NCBI GenBank assembly: GCA_963737905.1
Contig: CAVTUQ010000022.1
Location: forward strand, 1 to 64,000
Source of the DNA: an uncultured delta proteobacterium
Lineage (GTDB): Bacteria > Desulfobacterota > Binatia > UBA9968
Length of the DNA: 64,000 nucleotides
Reading direction: 5' to 3'
Positions 41,561 through 51,399 of this stretch are shown one piece after another; the stretch's first letter is position 1, and every line of letters begins with the position of its first letter. A program made the translations under genes and the position numbers. The notes under the pieces are model-generated. The model worked only from the letters and a program-made list of their open reading frames with translations. It had not been told where the DNA came from and ran no database searches.

Positions 41561-43231
41561 GTGAAATCCTGGCTCCGGCGCTCGTTCCGGCAAGAAAAGT
41601 CCAGCAGTAAATTTGGGTTCTTTCTATGGGCGATCCTCCTGGGCCTGCTAGTTGGTGTGGCAAGCGTCTGGAGCAGCAACAAGGATGTGCTTGGTCTTTT
41701 CCATGATGATGGCATCTATGCTGTCGTCGCAAAGTCTCTCAGCGACGGATCCGGGTATCGGATCATTAGTCTTCCTACCGCTCCCGATCAAACGAAATAT
41801 CCGTTTCTCTATTCGTATATTCTTTCTTGGCTATGGAGCCTTGACCCAAAGTTTCCCGATAACATTGGTCTCTTGAAAGCTGCAAACGCGGTATTTCTTT
41901 CCGCGAGTTTTGTTCTCAGTTATTTCTTCTATCGTCGCCGCATAGAAGGAGAAGAATCCGAAGCTTTGTTATTCGCAGCGCTGGTGTGTATCAATCGGCT
42001 GTGTTTTCGTTCACAGATTTTACCGTCAGTGACATCTTGTTTCTTTTGCTTTGTCTCTGTGCGCTTTTGTGATTTTCGATTCCTCGGAGCGGTGTATTTC
42101 GCGGACCCAGTCGTCACGCTATTGGCAGCTCTTGTTGGTCTCGGCTGCCTGACTCGATCAGCAGGAGTGTCCGCTGGCAGTGGCCGGGGCCTTTCATTTC
42201 GCATGGGCAAGCGATATCGAGATTTGACGCTACTATGTCGTGCGTTGTGCTTTTACTTATTACCCCCTGGTGGCTGTGGGTTGGAACCCATTCAAACCAG
42301 ACGGCGAGTTCTGCTCAATACTATGGTTCGTACAGTTCGGAACTCCCCGCGTTTGTAATCATGTGGTACGATCCCTTCGGTGCCATAGAGATTGTTTGGG
42401 GTAACTTGCGTTACATAGTGGAAGCTCTCGACTTGATATTCCAATCGAGAATAATCCCCGGGTCTATTGTTGCCAGTAGGCTTATTGTTGCTATTGGGAT
42501 TATGGCGGTCATTTAACGACCAGTCGGTATTTTTTCGCTCCTATATCCTTTTGTATTTGGCTTTGGTGGTTGCTTGGCCGTTTCATCCTCGCGCTATCTG
42601 ATTCCGTTAGTTCCTGCGATATACTTCTTTTTGTTCCGAGGCGTTCAGGCCGCCGAATTTCATTTAAGTGATTTGATGACTTCGGAGACTCGAAAGAAAA
42701 TCCTGTGTCACTTCGTGCGAGTCACATTTGCCCTTGTCGTCGTGTTGCACGTGGGATGGATTTCCAACTATCTATTCAGTAAGGATGTGGCGACGACAAG
42801 GGCTTGGTTCGGCATACGATTGCCTGCAAGCTGGCAAGGTTTTTCAGAGACGTTTGAGTGGATTCGGAGTCATACAGACGATAAAGCAGTCCTTGCCACA
42901 GTTTTCGATCCTATGTACTACTTATACACGGGGCGACGATCGATCCAACCCGGTCTATATAAGCCGCAGAACGTACTTTTATCCGTATGGCCAAGCCGTC
43001 CCTGATGCGGGATCCCCTGATGAGATCAGAGCAGAGCTCAAATCGTTGGGTGTTAGGTTTCTTGTAACGCACCCGCTTAGCGGTTACGGAGAAGGGGACG
43101 ATTACTCTAAATTGTGGACGGGGTTGATTCGCTCGTATCATAATCAGGTAAAATTAGTATTCACTAGTTCCGATGGCAAACACCATATCTATGCTCTCCC
43201 GCAGGACATTAGGTCACTAACACATGATTGA
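41561..43231 (+). CDS. Second GT-C (PMT/ArnT-like) membrane glycosyltransferase, frameshifted
   Basis: FHDDGIYAVVAKSL...KYPFLY, later RYLIPLVP and DPMYYLYTGR across several frames. Confidence 0.65.
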
Positions 43232-44132
43232 TGCAGCGACCGACTTATTGCTAGGTGTACAGAATGAGGATGGAGGGTGGGGTTACTTCAAGGGGCAACA
43301 CAGTAATACAGAGTCAACGTCATTTGCACTGATGGCTTTGAAGTCAATGGAAGGGAAGGCATTCATTGAGCCGAGGACTGCGGGGCTGAAGTGGTTGCTC
43401 CGGCGCCAGAAAGAGGACGGTAGTTTTCCCCTCAACGACACATCGAACCAAAGCTCATGGACCACTCCTATTGCGGTTTTAGCGCTTTTATCTTTTCAAG
43501 ACCAAAGCGAACCTGCCTTGAGGGCGGCGAAATGGATTTTGACGCAAGAGGGAAGAAAGCCCGGCTGGGTCGCATCGCTCTTGGTCCGGTTGTCCTTAAT
43601 AAAGAAAATGACAGAACTTGATCCCTACCTCAGCGGGTGGTCTTGGACCGCTGGAGCTTTCAGCTGGGTAGAACCAACCAGTTACTCGCTAATGGCACTA
43701 AAGAAGTTGAAGCGGAGTTTGGTGGGATACGGGACTAATTGTGAGGAAAGAATTCGGCAGGGCGAAATGTTGATCTACGATCGGATGTGTGAAAACGGTG
43801 GGTGGAACTATGGAAACTCCAGAGTCTTGGGGGAAGCCCTGTGGCCGTACCCGGATGTAACAGCGGTGGCTTTGATCGCGCTTCAAGACCGGGCGGCGAG
43901 TGAGGCCAATCAAACAAGTTTGCGTGCTTTGGACAACATGCTGCAGGAAGCTGCTTCCGGCACCGCCCTAGGCTGGGGTATTCTTTGTTTAACGCTCTAT
44001 AATCGGGAAGTAAGAGAATGGAAGAAGCTTCTGGTGAAGAATTTTGAAAAGACGAGGTTTCTAGGTGAAACAAAGGCGGTGGCATTGGCCTTGCTCGCGT
44101 TTGGAAATGGGGCTAGTTTGTTTCACGTTTGA
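43224..44132 (+). CDS. Prenyltransferase/squalene-cyclase (QW) repeat protein
   Basis: QNEDGGWGY, QKEDGSFP, CENGGWNYG repeats; WVEPTS. Confidence 0.8.
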   Translation: MIDAATDLLLGVQNEDGGWGYFKGQHSNTESTSFALMALKSMEGKAFIEPRTAGLKWLLRRQKEDGSFPLNDTSNQSSWTTPIAVLALLSFQDQSEPALRAAKWILTQEGRKPGWVASLLVRLSLIKKMTELDPYLSGWSWTAGAFSWVEPTSYSLMALKKLKRSLVGYGTNCEERIRQGEMLIYDRMCENGGWNYGNSRVLGEALWPYPDVTAVALIALQDRAASEANQTSLRALDNMLQEAASGTALGWGILCLTLYNREVREWKKLLVKNFEKTRFLGETKAVALALLAFGNGASLFHV

Positions 44133-44138
44133 GCTTGA

Positions 44139-45131
44139 ATGATGAATCGCAGGGAGTTTATCAAAGTTTCGGCTGCAGCGTCGCTCGCCTCTCTTGTCGG
44201 GTGCCGGCCATCAGTTCGTTGGGACCGAGATGCTTATCGGAAACCAGCGATTTCTCGGATCGCGATTCTGGAGGCCAGGAGTTATCAAGCTTCGCTGGAG
44301 GATATTATTCTTCGTGGAATCCAGTTGTTCAAGCTTGATCTAAAGGGGAAACGAATCGTACTGAAACCGAACTTGGTCGAGTTTGACCCCAAGGGCGTAA
44401 TTAACACCCATCCCGCGGTGATCGAAGCGGCCATAGGTTCGTTCAGAAGCTTGGGCGCCCGGGAGGTTGTGGTCGCCGAGGGACCCGGCCATCGTCGTGA
44501 CAGCGAGTACCTCCTAACGGCTTCGGGGATTTATGATGTGATCAACGAACACAGAGTTCGCTATGTGGATCTCAATACGGACGATGTGCGTCGCACGAAA
44601 CTGCGTAGTAATTTTACCAACCTGAGGGAATTATATCTTCCCGAAACGTTGTTCAATGCGGATTTGCTGGTTTCGATGCCGAAGTTAAAAACCCATCACT
44701 GGGCCGGTGTGACTCTTTCCCTAAAGAACATGTTCGGCGTTGTTCCCGGGTCGGTCTATGGGTGGCCAAAGAACGCGCTCCATTGGGCAGGTATTCACGG
44801 CAGCATCTTAGACATTAATAGTTCATTACCGATTCCGCAATTTGCCATTGTCGATGGGATTGTTGGAATGGAGGGGAATGGGCCACTCCAGGGACAAGCC
44901 AAACAGAGCGGCGTCCTGATCCTAGGTGATGACTTGGTTGCTGTAGATGCCACGGCGGCGAGGATCATGAAGATCGAACCGAGAAAAATCGAGTACCTCG
45001 AGATGGCTGACCGATTTCTGGGAAACATCCGTCACGAGAAAATCGAACAAGCGGGCGAACGATTGGAGCGATTTCAGCAGGACTACCGCGTTATCGAGAA
45101 CTTTCAGGAGCTCAAGGTACTGACAGGATAA
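44139..45131 (+). CDS. DUF362 protein with Tat signal (possible Tat lipoprotein)
   Basis: NRREFIK twin-arginine motif and LVGC; LKPNLV, NTHP, PKLKTH, LSLKNMFG, MEGNGP, VAVD. Confidence 0.85.
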   Translation: MMNRREFIKVSAAASLASLVGCRPSVRWDRDAYRKPAISRIAILEARSYQASLEDIILRGIQLFKLDLKGKRIVLKPNLVEFDPKGVINTHPAVIEAAIGSFRSLGAREVVVAEGPGHRRDSEYLLTASGIYDVINEHRVRYVDLNTDDVRRTKLRSNFTNLRELYLPETLFNADLLVSMPKLKTHHWAGVTLSLKNMFGVVPGSVYGWPKNALHWAGIHGSILDINSSLPIPQFAIVDGIVGMEGNGPLQGQAKQSGVLILGDDLVAVDATAARIMKIEPRKIEYLEMADRFLGNIRHEKIEQAGERLERFQQDYRVIENFQELKVLTG

Positions 45132-45158
45132 GGATTAAGAATTACTGAAGGGCTACGG

Positions 45159-45197
45159 AAAGAAAAGAGCCGGATAAAAGTCCGGCTCTTTTCTTTT
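45159..45197. terminator. Bidirectional intrinsic terminator
   Basis: AAGAAAAGAGCCGGA-loop-TCCGGCTCTTTTCTTTT between convergent operons. Confidence 0.85.
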
Positions 45198-45219
45198 GGC
45201 CTTTCCTACAAAGGAAGGA

Positions 45220-46640
45220 CTAACCGGCCTGGTCGTCGGATGGTATCATCAGTTTTTGCCCGATGTAGATGTAATGTGGGTTCTTCACAGAATCCCTATT
45301 GGCATCGTAGATCTTTTCCCACTTGTACGGCGAATTGTAGAAGCGTTCAGACAGTTTGCTGAGAGTATCGCCCGCCTTTACCGTATACTCCTGGGATGCT
45401 GGACTTGTTGCCTTGGCGGTAACGGGAGTTGCTGCCGACCTTTCAGTCGAAAACGGAATCTGTTTGGCAACCGGCTTTGCTTTTTCCTCCGCTGTGACGG
45501 CCTTGCCTTTGGCTTCCGCCGGGAGCGGCTTTTTCTTTGACTATCTCTGGGGCGGGTAGGGGCTCGGGGCGTGACGGTGCCGCCTTTGCTACCGCAGCGG
45601 ACTTGTACAACCGATCTATGAATCCAGAGCTGTCCAGCTCTTTTATGAAAGTAAGATCTACGAACTGCTCAGGCTTGGCTGACCGGGCATTGGGGTCTTT
45701 GACCCCTAGCTCACGCAGGATGATTTGAATACCCTTGAGAGTGGGGTAAGGTTTCTCTGGAACCAGGTTGAGCGCAATAGAGTCGTAAGTGTCATCCAAT
45801 ATGTCCTTATCATCGGTCCGGAGATATTTGGTGAGAATCTCCAATGTTTCTCTGCGATGGGTTTTAGCGTAGTGGATTCCCTCAACATAGGCTCGCATGA
45901 AATCGCGAACGAGCTCCGGTTTCGATTTGATCAGCGATCTGGTCGTTGCTATGCCGGTATGTTGATATTCGAGGCCGAGCATCTGGAGGTCGGCTAACAT
46001 TGGATACCCCAATTTCTTGGCTCTGAGGGTCGTGGGCGCCGAGAGCATCGCCCCTTGTATTTTTCCTGCTTCCAGCGCTGCCAACAATGCCGGAACGTTT
46101 CCGAGTTGGAGAATGGTTAGATCCTTATTGGGGTCAAGGCCATATTTCTCCAATGCGTAACGCATCGCAAAATCTGTCGATGATCCAAAGCGAGTGACGC
46201 CAACAGTTTTACCTTTGAATTGGTCAGGCCGGCTTATGCTTTTGTCCGTATACAACTGGAAAGTGAGGGTGTTAATCACGCCGGCAATCATCACTGCGTC
46301 GGCGCCGCGCAGATTGCTTTGCATGATCGCGGCGCCTGCCATATGCGCGAAGCTCACGTCTCCGGCGATCAACGATTGCGCGGACGTACTTCCCGATTCA
46401 ATCAAGACTGGACTGGACGTCCAAGCCGTATTTTTTGAAAAACCCTCTTCTCTTGCGTGACCCAAAGGGGGGCGTTGTTACCGGATATCGAGCTGTATGC
46501 AACCATGACTTTTTGTAGGGGGACCGTTCCCGCTTTATCCGCAGCCGCCAAATTGCGCGACATCCGGCGATCGTGAGCGCGAAAAAGAATAGCAACGCCA
46601 AGATCAAGAGCCCGGGTTTCATCTGCAAAGTTGGGTTCAT
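45220..46640 (-). CDS. NMT1/THI5/SsuA-like solute-binding protein fused to a C-terminal LysM domain, frameshifted
   Basis: GVTRFGSSTD, YQHTG, PEQFVD...GFIDRLY; Pro/Ala/Lys linker; manual translation of the end gives EYTVKAGDTLSKLSERFYNSPYKWEKIYDANRDSVKNPHYIYIGQKLMIP, stop at 45220-45222. Confidence 0.8.
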
Positions 46641-46754
46641 TTTCTCTCCTTCAAAGGGCTAACCGCGATTGGGTTTTTGATTCTGTTGACGGTTTAAACT
46701 CCGCCGAGCCTATCATCGTTGATCTCCTTGTTTCAAACCCAACAACAGATTGTC

Positions 46755-47540
46755 TCAAGCCCGATTGAGACGAGCCATGGCTGCCTTCAAGCTGGCCCTC
46801 ATTCGTTCGAGGGAACGTGCGAGTTCACCAATCTCATCGTTGGATTGAAAAGAAACGGGCGTATCCAACTGCCCCCTGCTTATGTCGTCGGCGATCGACT
46901 TCAATTCTAATAGGGGACGAATCGTTTTGCTCGCAATCATGGTTGAAATCGCTATGCCGATGGCGAGGCAAAGCGCGATTAGGCCAACTATAGTGAGCAA
47001 AGTACCGCGAACATCCTGTTGCACCGTTTCGGCCCAAAGTCCCACGTGAACGGCTCCTAATTGGCCATCGAGAAGCGGAGCCTGCGTTTCGTAAACCGAC
47101 TGACCACGCACGCTGGTTGTTCGTGCTTTAAACGTACGCTGATCCGCCGTAGCGCCGGTTTCTTTCAATTCTGCTGGAAAGGGTTGAAGACTGGTGGCGA
47201 CAATCTCGCCTTTGGGATCTTGAATGTAGGCATATGCCACTCCGTCCAGTCGCCCATATTTGGCAATTAGTGCGTCCAGTTCCAGAGCGTTCTTTCGTGA
47301 CACATAACCGGCCGCAGCATCACTTAGGTTCGCGGCAATGGCCGCTGAACGTAGATCGACTTGCCTTTGGAGTGCATTCCCAGTCAGGTAATACACGATT
47401 CCTATAACGCAGAGACCCAAGAGCAGGATAAGGCCACCGAAAGCGGTCACAAACTTCCACCTGAGACTGCTTCCCTGCCAGCCGGGGCTTGCGGGCGTAG
47501 CTACTTTCGTACTTTCCAAAGAAAGGGATTCCTGTGGCAT
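46755..47540 (-). CDS. Two-TM receptor with HAMP domain and no output domain
   Basis: TM, periplasmic domain, TM, then IRPLLELKSIADDISRGQLD...DEIGELARSLERMR; ends 12 aa later. Confidence 0.85.
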   Translation of the reverse strand: MPQESLSLESTKVATPASPGWQGSSLRWKFVTAFGGLILLLGLCVIGIVYYLTGNALQRQVDLRSAAIAANLSDAAAGYVSRKNALELDALIAKYGRLDGVAYAYIQDPKGEIVATSLQPFPAELKETGATADQRTFKARTTSVRGQSVYETQAPLLDGQLGAVHVGLWAETVQQDVRGTLLTIVGLIALCLAIGIAISTMIASKTIRPLLELKSIADDISRGQLDTPVSFQSNDEIGELARSLERMRASLKAAMARLNRA

Positions 47541-47560
47541 GCCGCCTCCTGTAAAACAGG

Positions 47561-48355
47561 TTAGAATTTCTTGAAATTGGAAATCTCTTGAAGCATGGAT
47601 TCTTCAACCTTCTGCCTCAGCTTCCCGTCAGAAATCTCTTTGCTGATTAGGCCGATTAAGTCGTCCAGCTTGGCTTCGGGGAAATTGTCTTGAGACTCTC
47701 CCAGACTATCGATCTGATCTCGCAGTACCAACGGGGCCATGGGACCCATGGCTTCCGTGAGGATGCTCGTGAGCCGATCAAACAAAGCAGGGGGGACGAT
47801 ATCGGTCCGGGTTTTAGAAGAAGGGTTGACAATTTCCACCAAACCAGACTTGTGGAGGTTGAAGATAACTTTTGCTGTGTAGGCGAACGGTATACGTAGA
47901 AGCTCGGCTATATCCTGTACGGTTCGCGAGCCATCGATCTTGCTCAACACTCGCCACCCAACATAGGGCACGGTAATAGGGCCACTTTGTGCCTCGCCAG
48001 GATCGGCAATCCGAAAGACAGCTTTTCCTGAGGGGATGACTTCCAATATGGTCTCCCACTCTCGGCTCATAGCCTTCACTTCGTCGAGAATTTCGGCTGA
48101 CGTTTTTTTAATGGTGGTAATGGGAACAGTCCCATTTGGCATTAAAGTAAAGACCCCCTCGCCCCACGTCACGGGATACAGCAGCGCCTTCTCGCCCTCG
48201 CCAATAGGGCAGGTAGCATGGATGATGTTACCCTCGGCAATATATACTTCGACTGTCTCTTTGCCGCGAGAGAGTTTCAGAACGCCTGACTTTTTGCCGC
48301 CGGTGGCGAGAAGTAGGATGTCGTTGAGGCTAATCTGCGCTAAATTGCCTTGCAT
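47561..48355 (-). CDS. DUF4388 (PATAN-like) protein with winged-helix-like middle and helical C-terminal domain
   Basis: MQGNLAQISLNDILLL...KSGVL...GNIIHA...WGEGVF; WRVLSKIDGSRTVQDIA; MGPMAPLVL. Confidence 0.82.
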   Translation of the reverse strand: MQGNLAQISLNDILLLATGGKKSGVLKLSRGKETVEVYIAEGNIIHATCPIGEGEKALLYPVTWGEGVFTLMPNGTVPITTIKKTSAEILDEVKAMSREWETILEVIPSGKAVFRIADPGEAQSGPITVPYVGWRVLSKIDGSRTVQDIAELLRIPFAYTAKVIFNLHKSGLVEIVNPSSKTRTDIVPPALFDRLTSILTEAMGPMAPLVLRDQIDSLGESQDNFPEAKLDDLIGLISKEISDGKLRQKVEESMLQEISNFKKF

Positions 48356-48389
48356 ACGGATAACTCACTAGGAAATGATGAGCTATTCA

Positions 48390-48716
48390 TTACCGATCTT
48401 CCAGAGATCGGCGCGCGTTCGTGCCACTGGGCGTCTTTTTAATTTGGTCAACCACATCGTCGTGACCATTGAGCGCGGTCTTGAGCGTCTTGATAACGGC
48501 AAGACTCTTGCTGATTCCGACCATTTGCTCAAGGGTCGATTTGATCTGGCTCTGTAACAGGTCGACCTCCTCCGAAGAAATACTTTGGAGTTGGGACTGG
48601 AGTTCATCATAGAGCCGGGTGATGCTATCGATCTGTCCTAGGGACTCCGTTTTTTGAGTGATTTCCTCATAGAGCCGGGAGATGTCCTCGGTTAGATTTT
48701 GCAATTCATTTTTCAT
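48390..48716 (-). CDS. Small coiled-coil hypothetical protein
   Basis: 108 aa with heptad pattern and repeated RLYEE/RLYDE; tightly packed in the operon. Confidence 0.7.
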   Translation of the reverse strand: MKNELQNLTEDISRLYEEITQKTESLGQIDSITRLYDELQSQLQSISSEEVDLLQSQIKSTLEQMVGISKSLAVIKTLKTALNGHDDVVDQIKKTPSGTNARRSLEDR

Positions 48717-48734
48717 AGAGTTGACCAGCCTTCT

Positions 48735-50357
48735 TTATTTTGTTTTTTTTTCTGACGCTTTGTCGGCAGGATTGTGCGATAGACCCGCTTCAACCGTTTT
48801 GGGTTTGTCAACACTTGAGACGGAGGGTGCTGAAAGAGTTTCTCCTATGTTGGTTTCGCCAGTCGGAGATGCCTTCTTCGATGTCGTCTCCGAGGAGTTT
48901 GAGGATGGCGACGCTGAAGAGGCGCTGACGGGTACAGCAGACTTGGAGGAGGAGAAAAAATAGAATCCCGAAAAAATCAGAGTCAGCAGTAGGAATGCGG
49001 CAACCACCCCCGTCTTTAGATTGAGCGGACTTTGCCTAGAATAAAGATCGTACTCCCCGTAGTCCTTTATGAGCTTTTTGAGCTTCCGATCGAGTTCTCC
49101 GTCTTTTCGTTGTGAGGGAAGGTTCGGTTGAGTCGGCAGATGTACTGTCGCCGATGCGTTAACTTGCGGTGTGGCCGTTGAAGGTTCGAGTCCTGGCTGT
49201 TTCTTGGCTTCAGCTCTTGAGGTTGAATTTGGCAAGATAGTGAATTCGCCGTAATCTTTTATGAGATCATCTAGGAGCCGTTGGTCAAAGTTTGCTTCTT
49301 CGGAAGTGGCCATGTGCGTTTGACCCGTAGTTTCCACTGTTTCTGTCTCCGAAACGGCTGGGTGCACTTCCATTTCTACGGTACCTTTGAATTCTTCAAA
49401 AATGGCTTCATGACTCGGTGATGACTCGTTGCGCGTATCGGCAAATTCAGCGATTATTTCCCGTGGCTGGAGTGATGTTGTGCTATCGTCAAAGAAAATC
49501 GTGTCGGTCGCCTTGTCTGAGAAGGGTTCATTGGGCTCAAAGTCGATTTCTGTCGAAGCCGGATGAAGAATGGCCTCAGTTTGCTCTAGATCCTCACTCG
49601 TAAGATTGGCAGGAGTTTCGCTCGTAAATCTCTCGGGTAACTCGTACTCAATTTTCGGCAAGTCTGCTGCTAGCTCTTGATCGCTAGTAGGCGTTTCTGG
49701 GAGCGTCTCAACAGGTTTCGGAAAAACAGGCTCAATGTCTATTGCCGGAGCCGGATGGAGAACCACCTCAGATTCATCTGGAGCTTCACGGATCGCGACA
49801 ACACCAGTTTCGCGCGCAGATCTCTCTGGTAAGGCGTGCTCGATTTCCGGCAAGTCTGCTAGCTCTTGTTCGTTCGTCGGGGACTGAGGGATGATCGCAG
49901 CAGGCTTGGGAACAATAGGAGTCCAGGCCGGCGTATTGGCAAACGGTAATACTTCCGGGACGCTCTTGGCTTCTTTGATCAAATTGATGATGCGCCGGAA
50001 TTTCAACAGGGTCCCCACCTGGGCTATAGAATGAACCGCTATGGGTTCAACCAGCGTGGTGAGCCTGCCCTGTTCCAAACTCTGCGCCTCCACCAGTTGC
50101 ACTGTCTTTTTTAGTCGGCTCATTCGCTGTTTGATTTCGGTCAGCGCCCTGAGCCGTCGTTGCATCTCGCCCAGCCCCAGGGACATTGTTTGCAATCTTT
50201 GATCAATCTGGGAGACTTGTTCAAGGGTAAAGCCTTCCACACGTTCACGAAGGCCTTCGATGGAGTTGACCACCTTGTCAATGGACCGTGTGGTCGGCGT
50301 ACGTTGTGGCAAGGACTGGGTCTCAAGCGGATTTTTTTCTTTTTGGGCCGTGAGCAT
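48735..50357 (-). CDS. Hypothetical protein: coiled coil, acidic disordered repeats, single TM near the C-terminus
   Basis: 540-aa ORF; E/P/T-rich centre, two LIKDYGE motifs, TM GVVAAFLLLTLIFSGFYFF. Confidence 0.75.
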   Translation of the reverse strand: MLTAQKEKNPLETQSLPQRTPTTRSIDKVVNSIEGLRERVEGFTLEQVSQIDQRLQTMSLGLGEMQRRLRALTEIKQRMSRLKKTVQLVEAQSLEQGRLTTLVEPIAVHSIAQVGTLLKFRRIINLIKEAKSVPEVLPFANTPAWTPIVPKPAAIIPQSPTNEQELADLPEIEHALPERSARETGVVAIREAPDESEVVLHPAPAIDIEPVFPKPVETLPETPTSDQELAADLPKIEYELPERFTSETPANLTSEDLEQTEAILHPASTEIDFEPNEPFSDKATDTIFFDDSTTSLQPREIIAEFADTRNESSPSHEAIFEEFKGTVEMEVHPAVSETETVETTGQTHMATSEEANFDQRLLDDLIKDYGEFTILPNSTSRAEAKKQPGLEPSTATPQVNASATVHLPTQPNLPSQRKDGELDRKLKKLIKDYGEYDLYSRQSPLNLKTGVVAAFLLLTLIFSGFYFFSSSKSAVPVSASSASPSSNSSETTSKKASPTGETNIGETLSAPSVSSVDKPKTVEAGLSHNPADKASEKKTK

Positions 50358-50431
50358 AACGCCAAATCTTTATGCGGAAAACTAGTACCTGTGTAGAAAC
50401 GGGTGGTTACTCTAAAGTAATGAGGTGGGAA

Positions 50432-50446
50432 GCAAAATAGTTGCCA
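50432..50446 (-). promoter_or_regulatory. Sigma54 promoter for the 50357-45220 operon
   Basis: Minus strand TGGCAACTATTTTGC; perfect dyad TGTTCA-tct-TGAACA at 50530-50544. Confidence 0.7.
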
Positions 50447-50602
50447 GCGTAATGATGTGGAAAAGGTTCGTGATTTCAGCAACCTAAGGACAGGTTTTTC
50501 CTCAAATTGCTAGATTATTCCCACAACTCTGTTCATCTTGAACAAAATTGTACATAGAGGCTTAATTTGCATAACTTTAAAAGGTAAAATCTATCATTAG
50601 GA

Positions 50603-51399
50603 TCAACGTGGACCCAGGATCAATAGCCGGCGTCGCGCATCCAGAGAAACATGAAAATGTTTTAGGAAATCCAAGCCCAGCAAGCCCTCAATGCGCGGGT
50701 CTGTTGAAAAATCGTGAATGGACACGACCAGATCATGAACCTCAGCGTCACCTACCTTGAGAGATCCCAATCGGGCCAGCGGCACGGTAATAACGCCCCC
50801 CACCGTTCCCACCTTACTTGCCCCTAGCGCGCTCAGAGCTAGGTTGCTTGCGATGCGACGAGACACAACTGTAATCGTGGCCCCGGTATCCAACGCCAAG
50901 CTGGCCTTTAGAGCACCATTGAACGTGACGGGAACAATGACCGAAGCACCATTCATTACGACCGGTACGGCAATCGTATTCGTTCCGGAACTTCCGGCGG
51001 GTGATGACGGGACAATGACTTGATAGAGGCAACGAGGGCTCTGCTGGAAGCGACTTAAAAAACTTTTCGAGTTTTCTCGATTCGTCAGTATCGCTCTGTT
51101 TCATCCACCCAACCGTACCGTTCTTCGCTTTAACCAAGTACCACCGTGCGCTTCCTCCACCCAAGGTATTCGCCAAGGGAGAGATCTCGTCGCCCTTCTT
51201 GAGGATTGCGACCACGGCTGAAGACTCATCGGGATCCGTGAACAGTTCTATTTCCCCCACGGTGGGAAGGCGGACCGTGGCAGCCGGTGACTGTTTACAA
51301 ACAGAGCATAGTACGAAAGCAGTAAAGATCAGGGCCGCTTTGAGCTTCGTAAAGGTCGTCTCCGCAGAATGTTTTTTTGAACGGACCGAGCAATTTCAA
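50603..51399 (-). CDS. Exported retropepsin-like aspartyl protease with N-terminal SH3b-like domain, frameshifted
   Basis: LDTGA and GLLGLDFL (clan AA); upstream fragment VVAILKKGDEI...WYLVKAKNGTVGWM; hydrophobic signal-like stretch. The start is approximate. Confidence 0.78.

Noticed and set aside
43224-44132. Squalene-hopene cyclase/terpene cluster
   Set aside because: The protein is only 302 aa, lacks the DxDD motif and has no neighbouring isoprenoid genes.
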